A DNA stretch of 64,000 nucleotides from an uncultured bacterium (lineage in GTDB: Bacteria > Actinomycetota > Actinomycetes > S36-B12 > CAIKAW01), in contig CAIKAW010000081.1 in the NCBI GenBank assembly GCA_903825575.1, positions 25,793-89,792 on the forward strand, written 5' to 3'. The number at the start of each line of letters is the position of its first letter. Position 1 is the stretch's first letter. Below, piece after piece: positions 1 through 7,926 of the stretch. A program made the translations under genes and the position numbers. The notes beneath the pieces were generated by a model. The model saw only the letters and a program-made list of their open reading frames with translations. It was not told the origin of the DNA and did no database searches.

Positions 1-111
1 GTCGAACTTGCGTTGCAGGACGTAGGCAGCGGTAAGTCCGGCGACGCCACTGCCAATTACGGCGGCGGTCGGTCGAGCAGTGGTTCCTGAAGGGAGTGCG
101 GTTGTGTTCAT
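1..111 (-). CDS. NAD(P)/FAD-dependent oxidoreductase, 5' fragment (gene continues past window start)
   Basis: The reverse-strand translation is MNTTALPSGTTARPTAAVIGSGVAGLTAAYVLQRKFD. It carries a GxGxxG dinucleotide-binding fingerprint. Its ATG (111..109) overlaps the TGA (110..108) of the upstream SDR gene (ATGA). Only 37 codons are visible. Confidence 0.55.
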   Translation of the reverse strand, partial: MNTTALPSGTTARPTAAVIGSGVAGLTAAYVLQRKFD

Positions 112-1079
112 GTCGACTTCGCGCCCGATAGCAGTGCGCGCTCTTCGGTCCAAGCCCACAGCTTCGTTGCTTCTGAAGCTGGGGTGGCGGTGCCGGGTAA
201 ACGCACGGTGGCCCGGATCCGCCTGTCGTGCCAGAATTGTCCGTTGCTTTCCAACGGTTCTGGGGCAGTGGCCAACCAGACGGCGGTGTCTGCGCCCTGA
301 TCTGGCGACCGAAGTAGTGGCCCCAGCCACTTCTCAAAACGCGGAAGCGATTCGCTTAGTCCGGGCGTTGCAACCCACCCGGGGTGCATGGCGTGGAAAG
401 TGATTCCCTTCGCCTGCGGGTAGGTAGCCCAGACTTCATTCAAGACCACTTGCGCCCGTTTCGTGCGCGCGTAAGCCTTTACTCCGTCGTAGTCCGCCGG
501 TGTTGGATCCAAGTCCGTCACAATCAATCGCTGGGTATACATGCCCCCGGACGAAACCGTGATCACGCGTGATCCTGCAGTGGCGCGAAGCACGGGCAGC
601 AGTTCGTGGGTGAGCACGAAAGGCGCGACTAGGTGGAGTTGGGCGGTTTGCTCATTTCCGTCAACGGTGCGCAGGTACCCATGACTCATTGCACCCGCGT
701 TGTGTATCAACGCGTCTATGCGCTCCGTTTCGCCTAACAGGTACTTGGCGGCTGAACGAACGGCCGCAAGATTTGTTAAGTCTGCGCTCAATGCGTGGAC
801 CTTCGCATTTGGCTGTCGTGCGGTGATCTGTGAGCACGCTGAAGCCAGTTTTGTTTCGCTTCGGCCGAGAAGCCAAACGTCCCAGTCGGCAGCGGCTAAT
901 TGGGTTGCGATGCTTAAGCCAATTCCGCCGGTAGCCCCGGTTACGAGTGCGACCTTGCCTGTGCCTTTGTCCGGCTCGTGCCAATGGGCCATTCGGCTTC
1001 TGACCAGGCTCCCGGGCCGTCCGAAGCTCAAGGCCACGGTGGCCTCGAGTGCACCATCGACTAGGCGGGTTAGCGGCAT
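108..1079 (-). CDS. short-chain dehydrogenase/reductase (SDR) family oxidoreductase
   Basis: 323-aa ORF. It has the TGxxxGxG cofactor motif (VALVTGATGGIG) and a YxxxK catalytic motif (YARTK). Confidence 0.85.
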   Translation of the reverse strand: MPLTRLVDGALEATVALSFGRPGSLVRSRMAHWHEPDKGTGKVALVTGATGGIGLSIATQLAAADWDVWLLGRSETKLASACSQITARQPNAKVHALSADLTNLAAVRSAAKYLLGETERIDALIHNAGAMSHGYLRTVDGNEQTAQLHLVAPFVLTHELLPVLRATAGSRVITVSSGGMYTQRLIVTDLDPTPADYDGVKAYARTKRAQVVLNEVWATYPQAKGITFHAMHPGWVATPGLSESLPRFEKWLGPLLRSPDQGADTAVWLATAPEPLESNGQFWHDRRIRATVRLPGTATPASEATKLWAWTEERALLSGAKST

Positions 1080-1080
1080 T

Positions 1081-1518
1081 TCAGTTTCTCGGGGGGCGGC
1101 AACTTGCCAGACCTGCGGCCGCCCGGTCTCCGGTTTTCCGGAACGCTAGTGAAAGCAAAGGAGCGGCCAGTCGTGCAATTCCCTTGAAGTCGAGAATTGC
1201 GTCGTAGGTAACCGCTGTCGTGGAGTCATCCACTTTGGCGAAAGTAATTGTGTCCAGAGACCTTGCAGTAGCCGTCTCGGCTAGCAGGACGACGCGATTA
1301 GGCCGTTCGTACTCCACGATCTCGTACGTCATTGGCACCCGATTGCCAAGGAAGACCGCGACCAGATCGAACTTGGTACCAAGGGCTACCGGGTCAGCCG
1401 TGCCCTGTTTGGCTTCGGCCACCCCTGGATCCCAGTCAGCTGCGGACGAAAAACGTGCCAAGTAATCAAACACGTCCGGCAGGCGGCCGGCTACTGACAC
1501 GGTGGCTACATAGCGCAT
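1081..1518 (-). CDS. SRPBCC-fold protein (polyketide cyclase/CoxG-like)
   Basis: 145-aa ORF that abuts the SDR gene with one intervening base. The N-terminal pattern MRYVATVSV..VFDYLARFSSAADWDPGV resembles SRPBCC ligand-binding proteins. The family call comes from remembered sequence pattern only. Confidence 0.65.
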   Translation of the reverse strand: MRYVATVSVAGRLPDVFDYLARFSSAADWDPGVAEAKQGTADPVALGTKFDLVAVFLGNRVPMTYEIVEYERPNRVVLLAETATARSLDTITFAKVDDSTTAVTYDAILDFKGIARLAAPLLSLAFRKTGDRAAAGLASCRPPRN

Positions 1519-1550
1519 TAGGGCTCCCCCGTTCTGGATAGTTGTTCAGA

Positions 1551-1568
1551 TCTAGTACATACTCTAGA
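1551..1568. promoter_or_regulatory. candidate operator: inverted repeat TCTAG-N8-CTAGA in the divergent region between the SRPBCC gene and the MerR/B12 regulator
   Basis: TCTAG (1551..1555) and CTAGA (1564..1568) are exact reverse complements. They lie in the 107-nt divergent intergenic region. No binding data exist. Confidence 0.2.
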
Positions 1569-1625
1569 CAAGGCCTTGACACCACGCAATTTGGAGCCGC
1601 ATTGACCCCCACCGATGAACCGCAA

Positions 1626-2531
1626 ATGCGGATCGGCGCCCTAGCGCGACTGGTAGGGGTAAACGTTGGCACCTTGCGGGCGTGGGAGCGGCGCTACGGA
1701 GTCCCTGAACCAGCCCGCACTGAGTCCGGCTTCCGGCTGTACTCGGCTGCTGACGAGGCGCAAGTGCGAACCATGCTCGGATACATGGCCACCGGCCTAG
1801 CTCCGGCGCAGGCCGCTCAACGTGCCCGGGGTGGTGTTCTTCACGAATCTGCTGGGCCGGTTGAACCGATTGATACCGGCCTTCTTCAGCGCCCCCGTGA
1901 AGCCCTGCTAGCGGCTTGTTTGGCGTTCGACGCTCGCGCCGCCCATGCCGCAATCGACGAAGTGATCGCCGCATTCACGGTCTCGACGGTGGTGGACGAC
2001 GTACTTTTTTGGTGTATTCGCGAAGTCGGGAAACGGCAGGAAGCCGGGCTTTCAATCTCTGAAGAGCACTTCACCAGTGCGCTGATTCGCGAACGAATGT
2101 TGGCCCTTGCTCGGGGCTGGGATGCCGGCACTGGCCGACGAGTTTTGCTTGCGTGCCCGCCAAACGAGCGCCATGACATCGGGCTGATCAGCCTTGGCTT
2201 AGCACTGCATCGGCACGGCTGGCGGGTGACCTTCCTGGGAGCCGACATGCCCGTCGGTTCGGTGACTCGCGCATATGCGGTGCTAAGGCCAAAGGCGGTT
2301 GTGCTGTCGGCGCTAGTCCCAGAGCGTTTTGGCTCGATATTGGACGAATTGCAGCCGCTGTCATCGCGAACGCGTCTCTTTCTCGCTGGGCCTGGAGCAG
2401 CCCACGTTGTTGCTCAGGTCCTCGGCGCTGAACGCCTCGTTGGCGACCCCGTTACGGCAGCAGCAACCCTAACGGCCTACTTTCCATTCAGCCCCGAGGG
2501 CACCGCAAAGGCTGGAGGCAGTACCGCCTAG
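1626..2531 (+). CDS. MerR-family transcriptional regulator with C-terminal cobalamin-binding domain (LitR/CarH-like)
   Basis: ORF 1542..2531 was trimmed to the ATG at 1626. MRIGALARLVGVNVGTLRAWERRYG is a MerR-type HTH. The C-terminal half has a B12-binding Rossmann-like domain with ExHxxG (NERHDIGL) followed by GWRVTFLGADMP. Confidence 0.8.
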   Translation: MRIGALARLVGVNVGTLRAWERRYGVPEPARTESGFRLYSAADEAQVRTMLGYMATGLAPAQAAQRARGGVLHESAGPVEPIDTGLLQRPREALLAACLAFDARAAHAAIDEVIAAFTVSTVVDDVLFWCIREVGKRQEAGLSISEEHFTSALIRERMLALARGWDAGTGRRVLLACPPNERHDIGLISLGLALHRHGWRVTFLGADMPVGSVTRAYAVLRPKAVVLSALVPERFGSILDELQPLSSRTRLFLAGPGAAHVVAQVLGAERLVGDPVTAAATLTAYFPFSPEGTAKAGGSTA

Positions 2532-2542
2532 AGTCTGCGACC

Positions 2543-4213
2543 ATGGCTGAGTTCATTTACACACTGCAGAAAGCCCGCAAGGCACATGGCGAAAAGGTAA
2601 TCCTCGACAATGTGACTTTGTCTTTCCTTCCGGGGGCCAAGATTGGGGTTGTGGGCCCCAATGGCTCGGGCAAGTCGACCCTGCTGAAGATCATGGCCGG
2701 CATGGAGCACGTATCCAATGGCGAGGCCATGTTGACGCCAGGATTCAGCGTCGGCGTACTCCTGCAGGAACCCGAGCTGGACGAAACCAAGACAGTGCTG
2801 GGCAACGTTGAAGCTGGCGTGTCCGGCATCAAGTCGAAAGTCGATCGTTACAACGCCATCTCAGTCGAACTCTCAGAGCCGGATGCCGATTACGACGCGC
2901 TACTCGCCGAGATGTCGGTGTTGCAAGAAGCAATCGAACACGCCAACGCTTGGGACCTTGACGCCCAACTCGAGCAGGCGATGGATGCTCTGCGTTGCCC
3001 CCCATCTGATGCAGATGTGACGGTGTTATCGGGAGGAGAGCGTCGTCGAGTTGCATTATGTGCATTGCTGCTGAGCCAACCCGACCTGCTGCTGCTCGAT
3101 GAACCGACCAACCACCTCGACGCCGAGAGCGTGCAGTGGCTCGAACAGCACCTTGAGAAGTACCCAGGAACAGTTATCGCCATCACCCACGATCGCTACT
3201 TCTTGGACAACGTCGCGCAGTGGATCCTCGAACTCGACCGAGGACGCGCGTACCCGTATGAAGGCAACTACTCCACCTACCTTGAGACGAAGTCGGCCCG
3301 ACTTAAGGTCGAGGGGCAGAAGGACGTAAAGCTGCGTAAGCGACTCGAGGACGAGTTGGAGTGGGTGCGCAGTAGCCCCAAGGCGCGTCAGGCCAAGAGC
3401 AAGTCGCGACTTGCCAGGTACGAGGAAATGGCAGCCGAGGCCGATCGCACCCGCAAACTGGATATGGACGAGATCCAGATTCCACCGGGCCCGCGACTCG
3501 GAAGCGTCGTCGTGGAAGCGGACAAGTTAACCAAGGGCTTCGGCGACCGAGTCCTAATCGACAACCTGTCGTTCACGCTGCCGCGCAACGGAATCGTCGG
3601 CGTCATCGGCCCGAACGGAGTCGGTAAGACGACGCTGTTCCGCATGATCATCGGCGACGAAACTGTCGACAGCGGAAGCGTGCGAGTCGGTGAAACCGTG
3701 TCGCTGTCCTACGTCGATCAGGGCCGCAGCGGACTCGACGGCAAGAAGAATGTCTGGGAGGTCGTCTCAGACGGACTGGACTTCATCAAGGTGGGTAACG
3801 TCGAAATGCCAAGCCGGGCCTACGTTTCGGCCTTCGGCTTCAAGGGTCCGGACCAGCAGAAGCCGTCGGGCGTGCTATCCGGCGGTGAGCGGAACCGCCT
3901 CAATCTTGCGCTCACCCTTAAGCAGGGCGGCAATCTTCTGCTGCTCGACGAACCGACAAACGATCTGGACGTCGAAACGCTCGGAAGTCTGGAGAATGCG
4001 CTTCTGGAGTTTCCTGGTTGCGCCGTAGTGGTGTCGCACGATCGATGGTTCCTTGACCGAGTTGCATCGCACATCTTGGCGTACGAGGGCGATTCGCAGT
4101 GGTTCTGGTTTGAAGGCAACTTCGAGTCATACGAGAAGAACAAGGTGGAGCGGCTTGGTATTGACGCCGCCCGGCCGCATCGGGCGACCTACCGCCGACT
4201 AACCCGCGACTAA
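2543..4213 (+). CDS. ettA: energy-dependent translational throttle protein EttA (ABC-F ATPase)
   Basis: 556 aa. The N-terminus MAEFIYTLQKARKAHGEKVILDNVTLSF is EttA-like. It has two ABC cassettes with Walker A motifs GPNGSGKST and GPNGVGKTT and signature motifs LSGGERRR and LSGGERNR. Confidence 0.95.
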   Translation: MAEFIYTLQKARKAHGEKVILDNVTLSFLPGAKIGVVGPNGSGKSTLLKIMAGMEHVSNGEAMLTPGFSVGVLLQEPELDETKTVLGNVEAGVSGIKSKVDRYNAISVELSEPDADYDALLAEMSVLQEAIEHANAWDLDAQLEQAMDALRCPPSDADVTVLSGGERRRVALCALLLSQPDLLLLDEPTNHLDAESVQWLEQHLEKYPGTVIAITHDRYFLDNVAQWILELDRGRAYPYEGNYSTYLETKSARLKVEGQKDVKLRKRLEDELEWVRSSPKARQAKSKSRLARYEEMAAEADRTRKLDMDEIQIPPGPRLGSVVVEADKLTKGFGDRVLIDNLSFTLPRNGIVGVIGPNGVGKTTLFRMIIGDETVDSGSVRVGETVSLSYVDQGRSGLDGKKNVWEVVSDGLDFIKVGNVEMPSRAYVSAFGFKGPDQQKPSGVLSGGERNRLNLALTLKQGGNLLLLDEPTNDLDVETLGSLENALLEFPGCAVVVSHDRWFLDRVASHILAYEGDSQWFWFEGNFESYEKNKVERLGIDAARPHRATYRRLTRD

Positions 4214-4284
4214 CCCGCGCCTAGCCCGTGCCTAGCCCGCGCCTAGCCCGCGCCTAACCCGTGCCTAGCCCGTGCCCAACCCGT
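4197..4284. repeat. tandem repeat, 8 copies of an 11-bp unit (consensus GCCTAGCCCGY)
   Basis: The units are gactaacccgc x2, gcctagcccgt, gcctagcccgc x2, gcctaacccgt, gcctagcccgt and gcccaacccgt, read directly. The first two units encode the last ettA codons and its TAA stop. Confidence 0.9.
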
Positions 4285-4285
4285 G

Positions 4286-4390
4286 ATGAATGGCCCTTTC
4301 TTCGCGCTTGAATGTGCTGGATGTGCCACCTATGCGAACCCAGGGGACATTGATCATGGAAGCGGCGGAGTGAATGGCACTTTCATCCCG
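4286..4390 (+). repeat. interspersed repeat, copy A (full unit flanked by two shortened units)
   Basis: The core CACCTATGCGAACCCAGGGGACATT lies at 4327..4351. The shortened units are GAATGGCCCTTTCTTCGCG (4289..4307) and GAATGGCACTTTCATCCCG (4372..4390). Related copies lie at 15100..15170 and 55157..55228. Confidence 0.6.
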
Positions 4391-4778
4391 TGTGGGTGGT
4401 CGGGGTGTTGATCATGGACTCGGCAGCCATTGTGAAGTAGGTCCAGAACGCCTGGGCGAGTTCAGGCTCAAGTCCGCGGTTGGCCACGGCTACCGCCATG
4501 CACTGCAACCACCGGTCCCGCGCCACTTCATCTACGGGGAACGGCGCATGTCGCATCCGAAGTCTTGGATGCCCCCGGGCCTCTTGGTAGTCGCTAGGTC
4601 CGCCCCAGTACTGAACTAGAAAGAGCGTCAGACGTTCGGCGGCCTCGGTCAGTTCGCTGTCTGGGTACATCGGGCGCAGCACATCGTCGCCCGCAACCCC
4701 GATGTAGAAGTCGGCGACGAGGTCGACGAAAAACTCACGCCCCCCGACCTGTTCGAACATCGTCGCCTTGTCAGTCAC
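4383..4778 (-). CDS. glbO: group 2 truncated hemoglobin (GlbO-type)
   Basis: FEQVGGREFF..VLRPMYP..FLVQYWGGPSDYQEARGHPRLRMRHAPF matches the trHbO family pattern as remembered from M. tuberculosis GlbO. The start was placed at GTG 4778 (ATG 4760 is an alternative). The full ORF to 4865 would overlap the upstream MscS gene by 50 nt. Confidence 0.85.
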   Translation of the reverse strand: MTDKATMFEQVGGREFFVDLVADFYIGVAGDDVLRPMYPDSELTEAAERLTLFLVQYWGGPSDYQEARGHPRLRMRHAPFPVDEVARDRWLQCMAVAVANRGLEPELAQAFWTYFTMAAESMINTPTTHTG

Positions 4779-4815
4779 TGTGCACCCAATTCTGATTGAC
4801 CGCCGATGCTCTTGT

Positions 4816-5802
4816 TCATCCGCTAGGTGGGGTAGGCGGAGTGGGGGACGCGGGGTTGACGCCACCCAAGGTAGGCGTTCCAGGCGCGACGGTGCGCACT
4901 AACACTGGAACCTTGATTCCATTGCGGTCGAACGCCACCTTCACTCGCTCTCGGATTGCACGGGATGCCGGAATCTGCTGCGTGGGCGCAGCCTTCGCTG
5001 TGATGCGGACGAAGACCGCATCCCCGGTCACCGATTCGACCCCTGCGTAGGTAGGCACGCCCAGCAGCACATCGTCGAATGCTGGATCCGCATCCATCTC
5101 CTGGCCAACTCGGTCGATCACATCTCTCACGCGTTCCAGGTCTTCCTTGTAGGCCACAGGAATGTCAACAATCGCCAACGTCCAACCCTGGGAACGGTTC
5201 GCAACGCGCAGAATCTCGCCATTTCGCACATACCAAACGATTCCGGTTAGGTCGCGCAAGCGAGTGATACGAAGAGTTATCTCCTCGACTGTCCCCATCG
5301 CCGGACCAAGATCCACCACATCGCCGACACCAAATTGATCTTCGATGATTAGGAAGATCCCGGCGAGGAAATCTTTGACCATTGTTTGGGCGCCGAATCC
5401 GAATGCGACGCCGACAACGCTTGCGCTGGCTAGCAAAGGAGTGACGTTGATGCCGAGGATCGAAAGGATGAGGAGGAGCGCGATTCCCCATACCGTGAAC
5501 GCTACGAAACTGCGCAGCAACTGTCCAACGGCGCTGGCCCGCTGCTCGCGTCGTTCGGTCATCATGATCGGGGCGAGCTCTGCTGTGCGAGCTGCCTTCT
5601 TCACTTGTCCAAGTCGTTCCTTGCGGGCCGCAAGCGTCATCTGCCGCACAACTCGTTTGATGATCCGCACGAGGAGCCAGTGCACGGACCCGGCAACCAC
5701 GAGGATCAGCAGCAACTTCAACCCGCTACCGATCAGCCAAGTCACGGCTGGATTCTTTGCTACGGGCTTCGCTGCGGCAGCCAATAGTCCAACGGCAATC
5801 AT
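4816..5802 (-). CDS. mechanosensitive ion channel (MscS family) protein
   Basis: It shows the MscS core pattern LASASVVGVAFGFGAQTMVKDFLAGIFLIIEDQFGVGDVV. The start was moved to ATG 5802, which overlaps the TGA of the upstream peptidase gene (ATGA). Confidence 0.85.
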   Translation of the reverse strand: MIAVGLLAAAAKPVAKNPAVTWLIGSGLKLLLILVVAGSVHWLLVRIIKRVVRQMTLAARKERLGQVKKAARTAELAPIMMTERREQRASAVGQLLRSFVAFTVWGIALLLILSILGINVTPLLASASVVGVAFGFGAQTMVKDFLAGIFLIIEDQFGVGDVVDLGPAMGTVEEITLRITRLRDLTGIVWYVRNGEILRVANRSQGWTLAIVDIPVAYKEDLERVRDVIDRVGQEMDADPAFDDVLLGVPTYAGVESVTGDAVFVRITAKAAPTQQIPASRAIRERVKVAFDRNGIKVPVLVRTVAPGTPTLGGVNPASPTPPTPPSG

Positions 5803-7913
5803 GGCGTCACCTCCAAGCCCGTAACCCACGCCTGGAAGGACAATACGTCGGCTGAAAGGTCCAGCGAACGCGAGAGCGAACGAGCCCCATGTCCCACGTC
5901 GCTTTCGCGCCGGATCAGGATCGGCGCCGACGAAGTGGTCGCAAACTGTAGCGCCGCACACATCTTGCGGGCGTGCATCGGATCAACTCGGGTATCCCCG
6001 TCGAAGATGGTGAAGAGCGTTGCCGGGTACGAGTTTCCTTGGCGGACATGGTGATACGGCGAGTAGCTGAGCAGCCATTCGAGTTCAACCGGGTCATCTG
6101 CTGACCCGTACTCGACATTCCACGTTGAGCCGAGGCCGAACTTCTCGTAACGCACCATGTCCAACAGCGGGGCGGAGCACACGACGCCGGCGAAGAGTTC
6201 GGGACGCTGTACAAGCGCTGCCCCAACAAGGAGCCCACCATTTGAGCCCCCGCTAATGCATAGCAAGTCGCTGGTGGTGATGCCTTCTTCGATCAACCAT
6301 TCAGCAGCAGCATGGAAGTCGTCGAACACATTCTGCTTGTTCGCAAGCATTCCATCGCGGTGCCATTGCTCGCCTTCTTCGGACCCACCTCGAATGTTGG
6401 GAATGGCATAGCAACCACCGAGTTCGAGCCACGCCAAGATCGTTGCCGAGTACCCCGGAGTCATAGGCGCGCCGAAACCTCCGTAGCCGTAGAGGATTGT
6501 CGGGCGCGGCCCACTAGGCGCATGAGCGGAGGTGAGGACGAACATGCGCACGGTTGTGCCATCCGCCGAGCGATATTCCACCTGCCGGCTTATGACCTCT
6601 GGGACTTCGGCCACCCCGGGCGGTTGCGACCAAACATCTGTGGTGTCGGTACGCGCGTCATAGCGGAAGACAGATGAAACGGTTGTGTGATCGGTGTAAC
6701 CGAACCAAGCCTCATGTCCGCCTTCGGGACGTTCGACCACTCCCGAGATAGAACCCAGCCCAGGCAATGGCACCGTCGCCATTCGCCGTCCCGTTGCGAG
6801 GTCATGAACGCCCAGTTCGCTCACCGCGTGACGGGTATGCGAAACGAGCAGGACTGCTTCGGCAAGTTCGGAACCATCAAGGATTGCAAAACCGTCAAGA
6901 ACTGCAATTTCGTCCTCGGGGATTAGGTCCACCCATGAGTCATAATCGGGCGTACTCGGGTCGGCCGTGCACAGACGGCCGCGGGGAGCGTCGCGGTCCG
7001 TGTAGATGTATGCCACGCCGTTTCGGCCAACGTGCAGACTGCTTTGGGCATCAACCCCTAACTGCACGACTCGGAAGTCTGGTTCAGCAAGCGATGAGGT
7101 GGACAAATCAGCGAGCCACATGTCATTGCGTGGCGCCGTTCCCTCTGCTGCAGACACGGTGAGCCAACGGCCATCCATGCTGACGGAGACTCCGTAATAG
7201 TTCGTGGCTAGGAGCCCCTCGCCAAAGATCATGACATCGGTTCCCGGGTCGGTGCCTACGGTGTGCAACCAAATCCGGCGGTGGAATTGTTCTTCGCCTT
7301 CAGGAGTCAACGAGGGAGCAAGGCGGCGCACGTAGTAGTACTGAGTTCCGCCAGGAACCCACGCAATTGGCGAGTACCTTGCCCGATCTATGGGACCGTC
7401 GACGATCGCGCCGGTAGCGACGTCCATAACACGTACGATTGATTCTTCGGTCCCACCTTCGCTGACTTGGTACGCCAGCAGGTGGCCCTCTTTTGATGGT
7501 TGCCAGGCGTCCAAAGTCGTCAGCCCGGATGCGTCGAGTTGCATTGGGTCGATCAGTAGTCGTTCAGTTCCATCGGGATCAATTGTGAGCAGTTGGGCGT
7601 GCTCTTGATCACCGTTGCGTCGCATTAGGAATTGGCGTTCGCCACGCCAGACCGGTGGTGAGATCGAACCGGCTGCTAGTAATTCGCCGAGCCGAGTCCG
7701 AAGCCGCTCTCGTCCAGGCCATTGCTCACCGGCTTTGGCATATAACGCGTCTTGCGCTAGCGACCAAGCTTGGGTGCCAGGTCCCTGGGCATCTTCGAGC
7801 CAGCGGTACGGGTCTGGCACCTGATGATCGAATAAGACATCGACTACGTCAGAACGCTCGCCGACCGGGTAGTTTGGCCGACCGCCGCTTAGCTGGACTC
7901 TGGATAAAGGCAT
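5799..7913 (-). CDS. prolyl oligopeptidase family serine peptidase (S9A)
   Basis: 704 aa. The N-terminal pattern is VPDPYRWLED. The catalytic serine motif is GGSNGGLLVGAA, and Asp and His lie in the C-terminal region (DTRVD, DVGHGA). Confidence 0.9.
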   Translation of the reverse strand: MPLSRVQLSGGRPNYPVGERSDVVDVLFDHQVPDPYRWLEDAQGPGTQAWSLAQDALYAKAGEQWPGRERLRTRLGELLAAGSISPPVWRGERQFLMRRNGDQEHAQLLTIDPDGTERLLIDPMQLDASGLTTLDAWQPSKEGHLLAYQVSEGGTEESIVRVMDVATGAIVDGPIDRARYSPIAWVPGGTQYYYVRRLAPSLTPEGEEQFHRRIWLHTVGTDPGTDVMIFGEGLLATNYYGVSVSMDGRWLTVSAAEGTAPRNDMWLADLSTSSLAEPDFRVVQLGVDAQSSLHVGRNGVAYIYTDRDAPRGRLCTADPSTPDYDSWVDLIPEDEIAVLDGFAILDGSELAEAVLLVSHTRHAVSELGVHDLATGRRMATVPLPGLGSISGVVERPEGGHEAWFGYTDHTTVSSVFRYDARTDTTDVWSQPPGVAEVPEVISRQVEYRSADGTTVRMFVLTSAHAPSGPRPTILYGYGGFGAPMTPGYSATILAWLELGGCYAIPNIRGGSEEGEQWHRDGMLANKQNVFDDFHAAAEWLIEEGITTSDLLCISGGSNGGLLVGAALVQRPELFAGVVCSAPLLDMVRYEKFGLGSTWNVEYGSADDPVELEWLLSYSPYHHVRQGNSYPATLFTIFDGDTRVDPMHARKMCAALQFATTSSAPILIRRESDVGHGARSLSRSLDLSADVLSFQAWVTGLEVTP

Positions 7914-7926
7914 AGACAGACCCTAT

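Noticed and set aside
4197-4284. Possible CRISPR array.
   Set aside because: The units are only 11 bp and directly abut each other with no spacers. No cas genes are in the window.
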